Shown here piece after piece: positions 34,673 through 46,016 of a DNA stretch of 64,000 bases. The notes under the pieces are model-generated. The model did not search any database, had not been told where the DNA came from, and saw only the letters and a program-made list of their open reading frames with translations. Origin of the DNA: Dudresnaya verticillata (taxonomy: Eukaryota); assembly GCA_977862235.1 (NCBI GenBank), contig OZ374564.1:1054001-1118000 (forward strand), read 5' to 3'. The first letter of the stretch is position 1; each line of letters begins with the position of its first letter. The position numbers and the translations under genes are program-made.

Positions 34673-35800
34673 CTACCACTTATGAAAGATTTCAAGCGCC
34701 TCCGCAATGTACAAGTTTTCCCGGCCGGCGCCCCCGCACATGTACAGTGCGTCAGCGCAGAGGTTAATAGCGTTGTCCACGGCAGAGTCAACTATGACTC
34801 CGTTCTGTGCGTCAACCAAGACGCAATGGTCAACGCGCGGCTCGCGTGTCTGCAACAAGCGGACGAGATATCGCCCGGCTTTCTTCGCTGCTAGGATCTC
34901 AAACGAGTCACCGTACCTTCCCTCGCGTATCGCCTTCATATCCTGAGGTTTTCGCACATTCAACTTCAGTCGCAGTCCGTGCAGGAAAGGACCAACTTGT
35001 CCTAAATTTCGGAAGTGCTTTTGTGTTCCCCGAAATGCTTCGGAGATTTTCATAGCCACATCTGGACCCAGAAGTGAGAAGACGCAGTTAATTGCTGCGA
35101 ATGGGATACAATCGAGAACACAAGAGGATTCGTGGATTGCTTTGCTGTTGGGCAAAAGGAAATGCCGAAGTTCGGTGTTGCCTTCGCGAGCACCTGGACC
35201 AGCGGTGATTACTGCCACACCGGGATTCTGCCGACAAAATAGTTTCGCGGCACCCAGAGAAACATGACCTCGTTCTCCTGACGCTTGAAGACGTGTAACA
35301 CGTGGCGCAGGTACCGGACAAGAGTCGCGAATTGGTGTGGGTCGCGCAGTAACTCTTCTCGTCGCGTACGATATGGTACGAGCTTCGCAAAACGGTTCAG
35401 TAATCGTCCCTTCATCGACGCACCAAAAGCTCTCAACACCCCCGTCCCCTCTGGCAGATGCATACCAAGAACCCTTCCTCAGTTCCATCCCTGCAGTTTG
35501 CGAGCCGTCACCCAGCATAATTGCATCGATCTGCCACTTTGCATCACTCGTGGTAGAGTCGGTAACGCAAACGGAGTCGATATCAGTGTCCACCTTGGAC
35601 AGCGATGACAGCGATGGAGATGCCGGCGGCACAAGTGCGGGAGTTTGTGAAGGAAGATCGAAGCCGGTAGCTTGTTGCACAGGCTGTTCTGATGGCAAAG
35701 ATCGCGCCGGTGATTTCGCAGATTTTGGCTTCAGGATGCGCGGGGATTTTGTGGAAGGGCAGCGCCGAAGCGAGGGGGAAACATGTTGTGTGCGTGCCAT
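34673..35800 (-). CDS. Copia antisense accessory ORF (375 aa) with a putative papain-like Cys-His-Asp domain at the C-terminus
   Basis: Uninterrupted ORF converging on the pol stop 12 nt away. Motifs DCIPFAAINC...GRYLVRL...VDHCVLVD...IVDS. Confidence 0.7.
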   Translation of the reverse strand: MARTQHVSPSLRRCPSTKSPRILKPKSAKSPARSLPSEQPVQQATGFDLPSQTPALVPPASPSLSSLSKVDTDIDSVCVTDSTTSDAKWQIDAIMLGDGSQTAGMELRKGSWYASARGDGGVESFWCVDEGTITEPFCEARTISYATRRVTARPTPIRDSCPVPAPRVTRLQASGERGHVSLGAAKLFCRQNPGVAVITAGPGAREGNTELRHFLLPNSKAIHESSCVLDCIPFAAINCVFSLLGPDVAMKISEAFRGTQKHFRNLGQVGPFLHGLRLKLNVRKPQDMKAIREGRYGDSFEILAAKKAGRYLVRLLQTREPRVDHCVLVDAQNGVIVDSAVDNAINLCADALYMCGGAGRENLYIAEALEIFHKW

Positions 35801-36158
35801 GCTAACTCAGGTGAGCCACGCCCGAGGACCAAAGCAGTGGAGTGCTTGACCGTCTCCGGAGGTGAGGCCGCAGTCTTACTTTGTGGGCGGAGAGTGTGCG
35901 GGAGCTAGTGCGACGCAGTTGAGGACTTGGATGACCGGGGGGAGGGTCTGGCGCGGACGCAGAGTGAAGTTGCATGCTTTTGTGTGTGTGTGGACTGCAC
36001 GCCGTCGCTCCAGAACCACACCAGCGAGGCCCTGATTACATGATGGCTCTGGGCCATACAAAGCAAATCAGAGCGCCGGGATGACCAATCAGGGCCCTGG
36101 TGGTGGGAGATAATCTGCCGCCGCGACTTCCGCCGCCGTGTGTTTCAAAAGGAGGGAG

Positions 36159-36473
36159 TGTCATTGGGCCGCCGCCCGATATTATATTTTGAAACGCGCT
36201 GGCCACGTGTACAACGCGGCCGGCGCGACGGCGGCGCAACCTTTATCACAGCTGCGTGAGCTCGCCCAGCTACAGCCCGCCGAGAGATAGAGAGACGAAG
36301 AATAAGCATAACGTTGGACGTGGTCCGTTGTGCAATTGCCGCTAGGTCGTACGCCTGGGCTCCTTCGTCAGTAAAGTTTTATTTTCTCTACCCTCTCTTC
36401 TCTACTACCGTTGACTACCGTGCGTGATTGTACACGTTTCGCAACAGTACGGCTCAGAACACGTTACACGACA
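36159..36473 (+). repeat. Copia 3' LTR (315 bp)
   Basis: Direct repeat of the 5' LTR, preceded by the PPT and followed by the TSD. Confidence 0.96.
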
Positions 36474-37492
36474 GTAATCGCAAAATTCACTTGCTGATCC
36501 CAACCCTTCTCCAAAGAGACGAGCTCCTCCCCCCCTTTAGCACATGCCTCCCTGTGGTACCCCACGCAACAGCAACTCATCCGAAATTCCTTCCAACCAA
36601 TGTGCACGACGCGGTTAACATTGCCAGCCCAGACCCATGACAGGACACGAGCCGCGACTACAACGACGCCATGGGCTCTGCGCGAGCCACGACCAGAGCC
36701 ACAGAACCAAACCCAGCGCAGCTGTCTGAAACGCGTGTGCGGCACGGTCCCAGGCCGGCTAATTGTGCAAGTGAGGGAATTGATGCGGTGGCCGTGCGGG
36801 GAGGCCCTGCCAGACTTGTCAGGGCTTGAATAACGGGCGGCTCGCGCTGCCGCTGCCGCTGCCCCTGCCGACTTCGCCGACGTGGACAGCTCGCTTATCT
36901 GCGATGCCATTGGCGGGGCCGCCTTGCGCAGCGAAATGTCCAGCCTGCCTACCGCCCATGACAGCGGCGTTGGCCGTGACGCCGCGTTATGCCGCACAGG
37001 GCGTGTGCACAAGCAGGGTTTTGTTGCACCCCGTGCGCGGGTGCTTGTCCAACCAGCGGCAGGGCCTTGCACATATAATGCTTGTGGCATGTCATGCACA
37101 CCACACGGGCAGCCTGACAGTCCGGGCCCATGTGGTAGCGCGCGCTGACAGCGCGTCCTCGCGGAAGCAGGCGCCCTCGCGCGGCACGCCGTGCGCGCGC
37201 GAGCTTGCCAACCGGCGATCTTCTTCGAACAAGTGCGCAAACATTACCACGACCCGCGCGCGACGCGGTACAGTATCGTGGGCGCGGCGCCGGGGTTGCT
37301 GGGGTTGCTGTGACTGCGTGCGCGTGCTGCCATGCGGAGAGTTCAGCGTGAAGGGCGTCGGTGGCGGCACGGCGTCGCGCACAGGAGAACCAAACGGTTT
37401 CTGTGATTGCTTGTGCCGGGCGCAGCGCATGGCACGGTAATTCAGTGATCGGCGCGATGGTTACGGAGTGTCCATGCGGCGCGCGTTTCTGC

Positions 37493-37661
37493 GACGAGAA
37501 AGATCAAGCGCGCGGATCAAATATATAACCCACCGCCAATCCACGGCGGGCACGACCCAGAACCCCCGCCGACACAGCACCCATCTCACCTTCACCCTCC
37601 ACCACAACCCCCCCAACCGTCATGGGCAGCCCCAGGCGCACCCGCAAGCACAACACCATCC
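37493..37661 (+). repeat. Left copy of a ~165-169-bp direct duplication flanking the KDZ transposon
   Basis: Matches 54311-54475 with about 5 substitutions and 4 nt of indel, and ends exactly at the left TIR. Confidence 0.92.
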
Positions 37662-39154
37662 GGGGTAGGGCACGTTGTGACACGGGACGTGTCACCGTTT
37701 CGTAAGCCCTCGGCCGCGCCCAAGTGCTTCGTTCTCAATTGCGGGTAATAGGCGTGACCTTCATAATAATAATCCTGGCCGAGGACTTGGACAAGAACTT
37801 GGTAACTTCACTCACTGCACACCCCGCACAGCTGGGGAGTTCTGGTTCGCCGATAAAGCTTCGCGGAAAAGGGGCGTAGCCAGTGGTGGACCGCCAAGTC
37901 CGGGCGAGGGTACAGCGGATGCGTTCCACAACCTTCTCGAGTCACAAGATTGACACTTTGACAACCGCTGTGACACTGGAGAGCGGCGCTGTGCCGCCTC
38001 TGTAATGCTTGACGTACAGCCCTACGCCGGCTTTCTCTCTCCATCGTGGTCCCCATCGACGGACCGATGCGTCTGGGTCCAAGGACCGCCGGAGCAGTCC
38101 CGCACCGATCTGTACACGTGGCCACTAAGGCAGTGCTCGGTGCACTAGGCTACTAGGCTATCTAGATCCCATGTACATGAGCCCCCCCACTGTGGCATCC
38201 CTGCTGGACTCTAAACATTCGCCCAATTAAACACGCGCTACATTGTGAGCTCGATGCCTCCAATAGGCTCTGTTCTGGGGGTAGGGGCGCGGCGCGGGGC
38301 GTAGGCGTGGGCATGGGCGCGGGCGCGGGGGTGGGCGACAGCATGGGTGGGTGCGTGGGGGGTGTTTGGGGGCACGCAATACGCAGCTACGCTATTCTAG
38401 GGTGCACGCGGGGGAGGGTTCCTTTGGATAGGTTAATCCGTAGTTTAATACGCGTACTTGATGATGCAATTAAGAGCGGCGGCCTGGCCTTGAGCTAACA
38501 TTTCGGTCGAACACCTTGGACGCAGAAGTATGAGCCACAAAGTTGTCCAACGACGAGCTTCTAGAAACTCCCCCAAGTGTAGGCGTAGAAAAGAAAATAA
38601 AGTTAGCAATTGGTTCAAACGCAACAGGATAAAATAAAATCAGATATGAGCCCAAGCGAGACTTACTCAACCTGCCGGATACGAAGTTCACACTCAGCGC
38701 GAGGCAACCAGGTGAGCCATGTGAGGCATGTTTGCCCCGAGATTCATAAGCGCACGCGAACTGCAGTTTCGCTTCGCAGTTTCGCATCACAGGGCATGCC
38801 TTCAACACTGACAAAAACCGTGCGGGCGCTGTACAAACAAACACCTCATGATCTGCGACTCACCAAGTGCCACAAACACAACTATCGCTGATACATCCAG
38901 GTTGTTAGTTGCTCGTCTCCATTCTCGTCTCAGTCGTTCGTTGCCCTTCGCGCGTTTGCGTGGCATCCCTTCTATTCTCAATCACCTCCTCTACACTTTC
39001 TTGCGTGCGCTGGACAAAACCTTTTCCAATATCCATCAGCCTTTTCACAACGCGTGCGGGCGCTGTACAAACCCGAAACAAAACACCATCATGCCGATGA
39101 GGCAGCTAGACATCCACACTCTTGTCATCGTCATTGTGGTATAGACGCTATTCG

Positions 39155-39933
39155 TGTAATGACTCCGTGGCCTACGTGAAAGTAATCGAGAAATACGAAT
39201 TTCGAAATGACTCCGTGAATGCGCACGCCACGATGGCAAACGTATTACGATGCATACGGTGCGCGCACCACGATGGCATACGCATTAAAGCACGTACGTG
39301 ATACGAAATCGCTGACACCTCCGGATGAATCCCGATCCGACTTCGCGATCGCGCACGCCACGATGGCATTCGCATTACAGTGCGCACCCGATACGAAATC
39401 GCTGACACCTTCGTGACTTTCCCGTTGTTTCCCGCGCGTAACGGCACCGGGGCCCACGAGACACGCGCACCTCCGTATGCATCGCTGGCGCACTCCGCAA
39501 CCGCCACCATACGTGAGGCGACCGTTCGCTGGCACCGAGGCCGTTACGAATCATTCGAGTACGAACCGTCTCCCGAGTTGACGCGCATTCGTGCTCACGT
39601 AGTAGTACTTAGCCAGTCGTCTGGCACAACCTCCGAGGGTTTCCGATAAGCGACTAGAGCCCGGACCTCGGAGTCTTCGGTAAACGCTGTTTCTTCGAGT
39701 TCGGTGTCTTCGTCTTCGTGACTGCGGATACGGTCGAGCCTCGCTTTCGATAGCCTCGCACACCCGGAGTTATCCCCGGTGATCGATCGCTCGAGTTCTC
39801 CCTTCCGCACACGAATACGTTGACACCGTGGTCCTTCGTGTTAGCCGCTCCGCTCTACCACGCTACCAACCCGTTTTCGTTTCTTCGTTAGGCTACGAGG
39901 CCATTCGCTAGGCTCCGAGGCCATTCGCTTACA
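39155..39933. mobile_element. Probable solo LTR or LTR-like insertion (779 bp) truncating the helicase ORF
   Basis: TGTAA...TTACA termini and internal short direct repeats (CGCACGCCACGATGGCA, ATACGAAATCGCTGACACCT, CGAGGCCATTCGCT). The helicase frame ends at its edge. The flanks ATTCG and GTGCG are not a clean TSD. Confidence 0.5.
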
Positions 39934-42900
39934 GTGCGAGACTTCCCCGCGTCTCCGTGGACTTCGTTTTCGTTATACCACAGTCATTATTGTCGAGGAC
40001 AACTATTTCTGCAGAATCAACCATCTCCCTGGTTTGCTTATCACTAGCAGTACCGGAGTCGTTTGGTGCGTTTTCATCAGCCCTGTTAGGTGCACTCTGC
40101 TGCTTGCCACCGTCTTGAAGCGGAGTTTGCACAGCGCCAGCGTTCGCATCCTGTTCCGCCTCCTGGCCTTTGCTACGATCCATACCCACAGACATTCCCT
40201 GTGACGCTTCTTTGTTGGCTTCCTGGATCTTGCTAGTGTCACTAGCAGCATGTTTTTCTCCAGTATCGCCTTGTGTCTGCTTCGTACCAGAAGAAACCAT
40301 AGGGACCTGCGGCGCGTTCTTGGCTTCTATCAGGTCGTCTCTTGCGGCATCCTTCTCGAGCGCACTCGAGTTGCCAACTTTTCGCGAATCCGACTTCTTT
40401 TCACTGCTAGCATTACCAGCCTTGTGTCCCTCAATAAGTGCAGGGACCGAGCTGGAGCTGGCTCGAGTATTGTAACGATACTTTTGTTCTTCACCAGATC
40501 CATTAGATCCTTACGTCGGCGAACGTCAACATTTCTCGGCGTCTCTGGCTGTGTTAACTCAACTGCCAAACCGTGATCACCTTGAAGCCCAGCCGTCCAT
40601 ATTCGATGCCAGACGGGAAACGTGTTAAAAGTCAAACTATCCCCAATTACAGAGGAGCTTACGCGCCCGACTAACGGCGACATTGAAGCGCTTTCTGTCC
40701 TTGCGAAACCCAATATCCCCACGCTTGTTGCTGCGTGTGCAGCTGAAGATGACTATATCACGTTCTGATCCTTGCATCGCATCAACAGTTCCAATGACGA
40801 TCTTGAAGTTTCGTCGAAACTCTGGATTCGTGAGGAAGCATCCAGAAGACTGCTCCAAATACGTCTTAATGTCCTCAACCTGAGCGCGATATGGCGCAAG
40901 AATAGCAATCTTGCCGCTGAGACTCTCCTTCCCCATTCCAGCTCTTCGTTGGATAGCTTCAAGGCGACGCAGAATTTTCTCGATCTCTGAAGTCTCGAGA
41001 GCATTAATCTTTCCAGTGCCAACCGACCTTTCAGTTCTAGAAAGGCACTGGGAAGTATCAATAATCGTAAACGGCGCAAACGCATCGCGGTCCTTTTCTC
41101 GCTGGTTGTAGGTGTCCAAATTCTGGAGAAGGACACCTGAATGGGACACAAGCCCTCTGTAGAACGTTTCGGAATGCATCTTCCCTATGGTGGGATGCAT
41201 GCGGTACTGCAAATCCAGCATTGCACTCGGAGCCCTTCTCCGTTCCTTCAGCCTCTCAAACATTGAGACGAACTGCTGTGAGAAGTTGACCCTAACCGGG
41301 ATACGAATATGTCTAACCGGGATACGAATATGTCTCAGCAGAGTCTTGTACACATGCTTTGAATGAGACACGGCGGTCAGCTGGTTGTGGTCTCCGACCA
41401 GTATCACGTGCTTCCGCCCAGATTTTGCATCAATTCCCGCAATGGGGATCATATTCTCCATCTCAATACATGCACCAGCCTCATCGCAAATGATGAAGTC
41501 ATAATGGACGCCGAGGTTCTTGAATGTCGCGCCACCAACTGTAGAGTTCGTCGCCAGGACTACAACATTCTTCTTAACCATATTCCTAATGGCTTCCTTA
41601 CTCACACTGATCTTTCCATTCTCCTCTCCCATTTCCGTAGTCCCATCCCTCTCCCATAGAGCCATTTCCTCATCAAGGCTCTTTTGAAATGATGAGTACT
41701 GCTTCAAATCACCGTAATCGTACCTGTGTCTCCCAACTCGAACAATATTGGGGACAACAATGTCCCCACCCGCGTCACTGTGCATCTGGATTCCCTCCAA
41801 TATTTTCCTCGCTACATTGTCCACAGCTTGGTTACTACTCGCTGTAACCAAAATGCGTGCTGTGTCCAGGTCTCCATCGTGGATGACGAGTTTGTCCGCG
41901 ATTGCATTCTTCCGAGTCCGGAAATGTACCTGGCCAACCTTGCTATGGTGCATAATGCACGCAATCAAGTTGCAGATAGTCGATGTCTTCCCAGTGCCTG
42001 GTGGACCGTGAATCAAGGACAGTGAGCTTGTCCCATGTGAACAGTCTCCAACTTATTGAAGCACTGTGAGGAGTGCTCTCTTCTGTGTGTCATTGCAACG
42101 AACTATTTCCTGCAAGTAGCTAACGCAACCTTGGTCTACACCTCCTTCCAGTGCCTGTAGGGCTACATTCTGGTTCGTCTCCGATCGCTTCGCAGATCCA
42201 AATTCATACTGCGATCCCGGTGCCTGCTGTAGTGCAAACGTCGTTGACGGACACTGCCGAGCAGTTCGGGGCTCGGTGGGTAGCTGCGCCCTCGGCGATG
42301 GGTGGTCCCGCCGTGGGCGACTTGTTGGTAGAGCAAAGGAACACGCCTTGGGCGGACTGTAAACGCCCGAGGCGGAAAGTGTGAAGGAAGGGAAAAGGAA
42401 ACAGAAAAGGAACACGTCAAGGACGATGGTAGACGTGGAAGCACGGGAGGTAGACGCTTAGCCGTAGGAAGCGGTAGGGTACGCGCGTGCGGAACGGGGA
42501 TGTCTGGACCAAGGCCGGCTTGCCGGGGATACTGTGACGTCTGAAACGGATCAACTAAGTACAGGATTACCTAGCGGCGGCGACGCGGATGTACGCGTAA
42601 CGCGGGATCTCGGGACACGTGTTGTCCCGAGGCGCGTCTGACAGATCCGTCCGTCATGCAGCCGCGCTCCTGACAGATCACGCGTAGCTTCCCCGCTCGA
42701 ATCCTTACACTCACACGTGGATCCTTTCCTTACAGCCGCATGCGCCCCATGGCGCGAGCGATCTCGATCCGCACCGATCCCGATCCAGTCCGGATTCGGG
42801 CCAGCGATGCGGATGCGCCAGGCTTACAGGCGCGTGCCTTACACCCCTTAATCCCGATGTGGGATCCCGATTGGATCCGGATTCGGGCCACGCTTACAGC

Positions 42901-45900
42901 GAACGTTCCCGCCACTGCGCCACGCGCGCACGCGTGGCGCCGTACAGTGGCCGGGTTCAGGCATGCGGTCTGCACGCCCAGCGAGCCGTTCTGGCCCAAG
43001 TGGCCAGCGGCATGCGTCGGTGACGTGTTTGCGCCGCGGGCGGGTTGAGCGCGCCGTTGGCGGTCGTCCGTCGGTAGACGCTGCATATCAACGCTTGAAA
43101 GCGAAAACGGGGGACCCCCCCTGGCACTACACCTGCGGTATCGTATCACCGAACAAAGCATGCTGCAATCGTTTCGGCAGGACACCTACTTTGTGAACAG
43201 CGCGATACTGTGTCACAGATACATTCGCTGAGTAGCAGCCAGAGATGAGAACGGTCGCAATAGGATATGGTCTCCCTTGCGTGGGTAGAATTTCTTCATG
43301 AGGACCAAGTTCTCGCACCCCCGAAGCCTTAACCTGTCAATACCCCTATCTCCCCCAGTGTTTCCAACCTTGTCAATATCACTAGACTCCACACTAACGG
43401 ATCGAATGAGGAAGAGAAAGGGAGGCGAATCCGCTTCCTTCTCTGAGAATTCCTTTTCTTTCGCACCAGGAAAGCCACAGCTAGTGTCATCCCTGGCATG
43501 GACTCGAATAGCTTCATCGTCAGGTTAGAGTCCGAGCTCTTTCCCCCGATGTTGACCAAAAGCGATGCGTTATCAACGTTAGTAATCTGGAAGTCAATGA
43601 ACTGACTCCTTTTCTTCACATCATGTGCATAGGCAGGCACTGATATACCAAGCGACGGGTACATTTTGAAAAACTCCGTCTTCACCTGGTAGAACAGTTC
43701 AAGGAATAGTATTGTCTTGCAATGTTTGGAGTACTCAGAGTGGTTCTGGCAAAGAGTTATGCCCCTTTTAACATCCTTCAAGTTCCGTTCGAGGAACTTA
43801 ACGGCCCAGTCATGCCTACTGGGGGAGAGCAAGGAAGCATCCGGATGACTCGGGTCGACCGAAAGTCCAGTTATCTCCGCGTAGCAGATCTCCAAGTCCA
43901 TATCAAGGGCGGTATTTGAATACCTGACCGCCCTGGTCTCCTCCTCCTCTTCTTTCTCTATCAACGCACATAGTTCAACGTACTCGTTCTCTGAATCGAC
44001 GTAGTCCAGATCGAACCGTTCTTCATGCACTTCCCTTTTCATGAGCTCTTCTCGCAAAGCATCAAAATCTCCATCGAACCTTTGTTGTAGCTCTTGGACA
44101 CCATCCGTCCCCCCGGGTTTTTCTGTCAGCTCATTTCTCATCTAGCGCAAGTACTCACCATTCCCTGGATGTGATGGGTTTGCGGGGTCATGCGGATTAG
44201 CGCGGTTCCAAGCCTGGTTCAGACCTGTCCAGGCAGGGGCATCAAAGAACGGGTTCGCTATCATTTCGTACTGTCTTGATGTACCCGCCGCCGCGGGTCT
44301 ATCACAGCCTGGAGGACCGACAACGTAGGATGGTCCGAGAGCCCATCCGGTACCGGCTCTAGAGACTGCATAGTTGCCATAGCCCAATGTTGAATTCGGT
44401 CCATCAGAGGTGGGTACTGCAACGTATCTGTCGGGACTCCTTCTGCGCGCTAGCGGACTTGGAGAATTGCTGAGTCGAAGCTGAGCACCGCCTTCGGGAA
44501 TCCGCGATGCAAATCCCGTCTCGCGTGCCTTGGTGCGCGCTCCAGTTGATGGCAGTCCAGAGGTTCCATAAGACCTTTCATCTGTTCCATAACGTTCTGC
44601 CGAAGGTTCATGCGCATTTCCTTCGTTCGTAGGCATAGCCGCATCAGAGTTACTACGGGAACACTGCCCAACCCGGCTGCGCTTAGCCGGGCTATGGTCC
44701 ATATCCTTCATCGGCACTGGCTGCGAACGAATAGGAACACCACGCCTTTGAGTACAATCGATAACGTTACCATCATGGTGATGAGCACGCGGTCCGTTAC
44801 GGAGTGGGACAGAACCTCTGACAGCACGGATAGCAGGACTGGTCGCAGCTGGGTGACCTGGTTTGTCCGGACTCTCACCAGCTCTATCCTTGAGGATGAG
44901 TTCCGCTGGTTTCACACCAGCAACTAGACTCCTTGCCCACACATTTCTGCACGTTTCCTCCGGAATGAATGTATATGCAACACCGCTTAGAGGCTCCCCG
45001 GGATGCTTCTGGACGCAGTCCAGTGATACCCCAAGCTTTACGGCCTCGTCAACAAAGCGTAGGTTGACACGGTATTGCGTTTGGCGTGGTACAGCGTTCG
45101 CCCTTCTCATACTGAGAATTGTCTCTGCATAGATTCTGTCCATCGCCTTTTGCAGGTCAATGGATAGTGCCAGTCTACTGCTCTGCAGAATCCATACGAG
45201 CAGCTCTTGGACAAAAAAGTGGCACCAAGACTCCACACATTGGTCTAGTTCTCTCATCGAGATACGCATTTCAGGTCCAGTCACAGTGGACTGCAACTGG
45301 GCAGCGAGGTCCTCAGTTTGGATTTTCATTACTGTTGTGGCAAGTTTCCACCCTCCATACATGGCGAGAGTATCGAACAATTCTCCAGATTGGCTCAGCA
45401 TCGCTCGCGACAGCCAGGATCCGGAAGTGACACGGTTCACAATACCAATAAGCTTCTGATGCACCTCCTCGGACGGTTGCTTGTAGCCTGATAGCATCGG
45501 CGCAAGCCAGCCACATAGCGTCCCAGAAATTGATGCGAACTGGATAAACGTTATCGCGCATTTCAGTCGAGCATCGTTATCAAACGTTCGGGCAACGTCT
45601 TGCACAGACTGAAGGTCTTCGTGAAGCACAAATCTGTCCGAGGCTGCTTCGGCAAGAGAATGTCCGGCAGGAAGGTCGAAACCATCTATAAATTCCAAGG
45701 GGAAGTATCCTGGAGACCCCTCTGGGATGTCAACAGACTTTTCCCATTCTTCCTGGTCGAGAACTTGGAGCTGAAAGTTCCTCGTTAGGAAGTCCCGAAC
45801 GCGCGGACTCCAGCGTGAGATTATTTCTTGACCCCGGCTAGCGCGAGCCAGCTCTGGCGTGGGGTCAGGTGTCTGCAGATGAGACATAGTTTGGTTTTCA

Positions 45901-46016
45901 GCGCCCGCACGCGAAAGGTAAAAAGTAGGCTGGGAAGAGTTGGTAAACAGCGCACGCACGCCCGTCAAGTCATACGCAAGGTCCCGATGTTCCGGCGCGG
46001 AATTAGGCACAGGCAC
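39934..46016 (-). pseudogene. Large UPF1/SEN1/DNA2-NAM7-like SF1 helicase gene (about 1700 codons reconstructed), disrupted by stops, frameshifts and a solo LTR
   Basis: CNDTQKRA Q motif, IHGPPGTGKT, ILVTASSNQAVDN, IICDEAG, LVGDHNQL, LDLQYRMHP, TVDAMQGSERD and RFNVAVSRAR. ORF 44142..46016 abuts 43329..44141 in frame across one TAG, and the frame is restored across the solo LTR (DTIPQ|APGSQ). Confidence 0.85.
42228..43131 (-). mobile_element. Solo LTR of the Gypsy-A family
   Basis: Reverse complement of 2947-3861, with more differences than the paired LTRs show. TSD CCTGC at 42223-42227 and 43132-43136. Confidence 0.96.

Larger units (their letters stand above)
29067..36473 (+). mobile_element. 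Full-length Ty1/Copia LTR retrotransposon
   Basis: LTRs at 29067-29387 and 36159-36473 (TGTC...GACA), TSD GTAAT (29062-29066, 36474-36478), PPT AAAAGGAGGGAG at 36147-36158, and domain order gag-PR-INT-RT-RH. Confidence 0.97.

Noticed and set aside
36474..37440. GC-rich ORFs to the right of the Copia element, possibly a decayed gene it interrupted
   Set aside because: There are multiple stops in all frames, no identifiable family, and no convincing in-frame join across the Copia.
39155..39933. Short direct repeats resembling a CRISPR array
   Set aside because: The units are irregular with no constant repeat-spacer period, there are no cas genes, and the context is eukaryotic. They fit LTR-internal repeats better.
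41292..41333. 21-bp tandem duplication in the helicase (RHIRIPV twice)
   Set aside because: It is real but a simple in-frame slippage in a decayed gene, with no sign of function.
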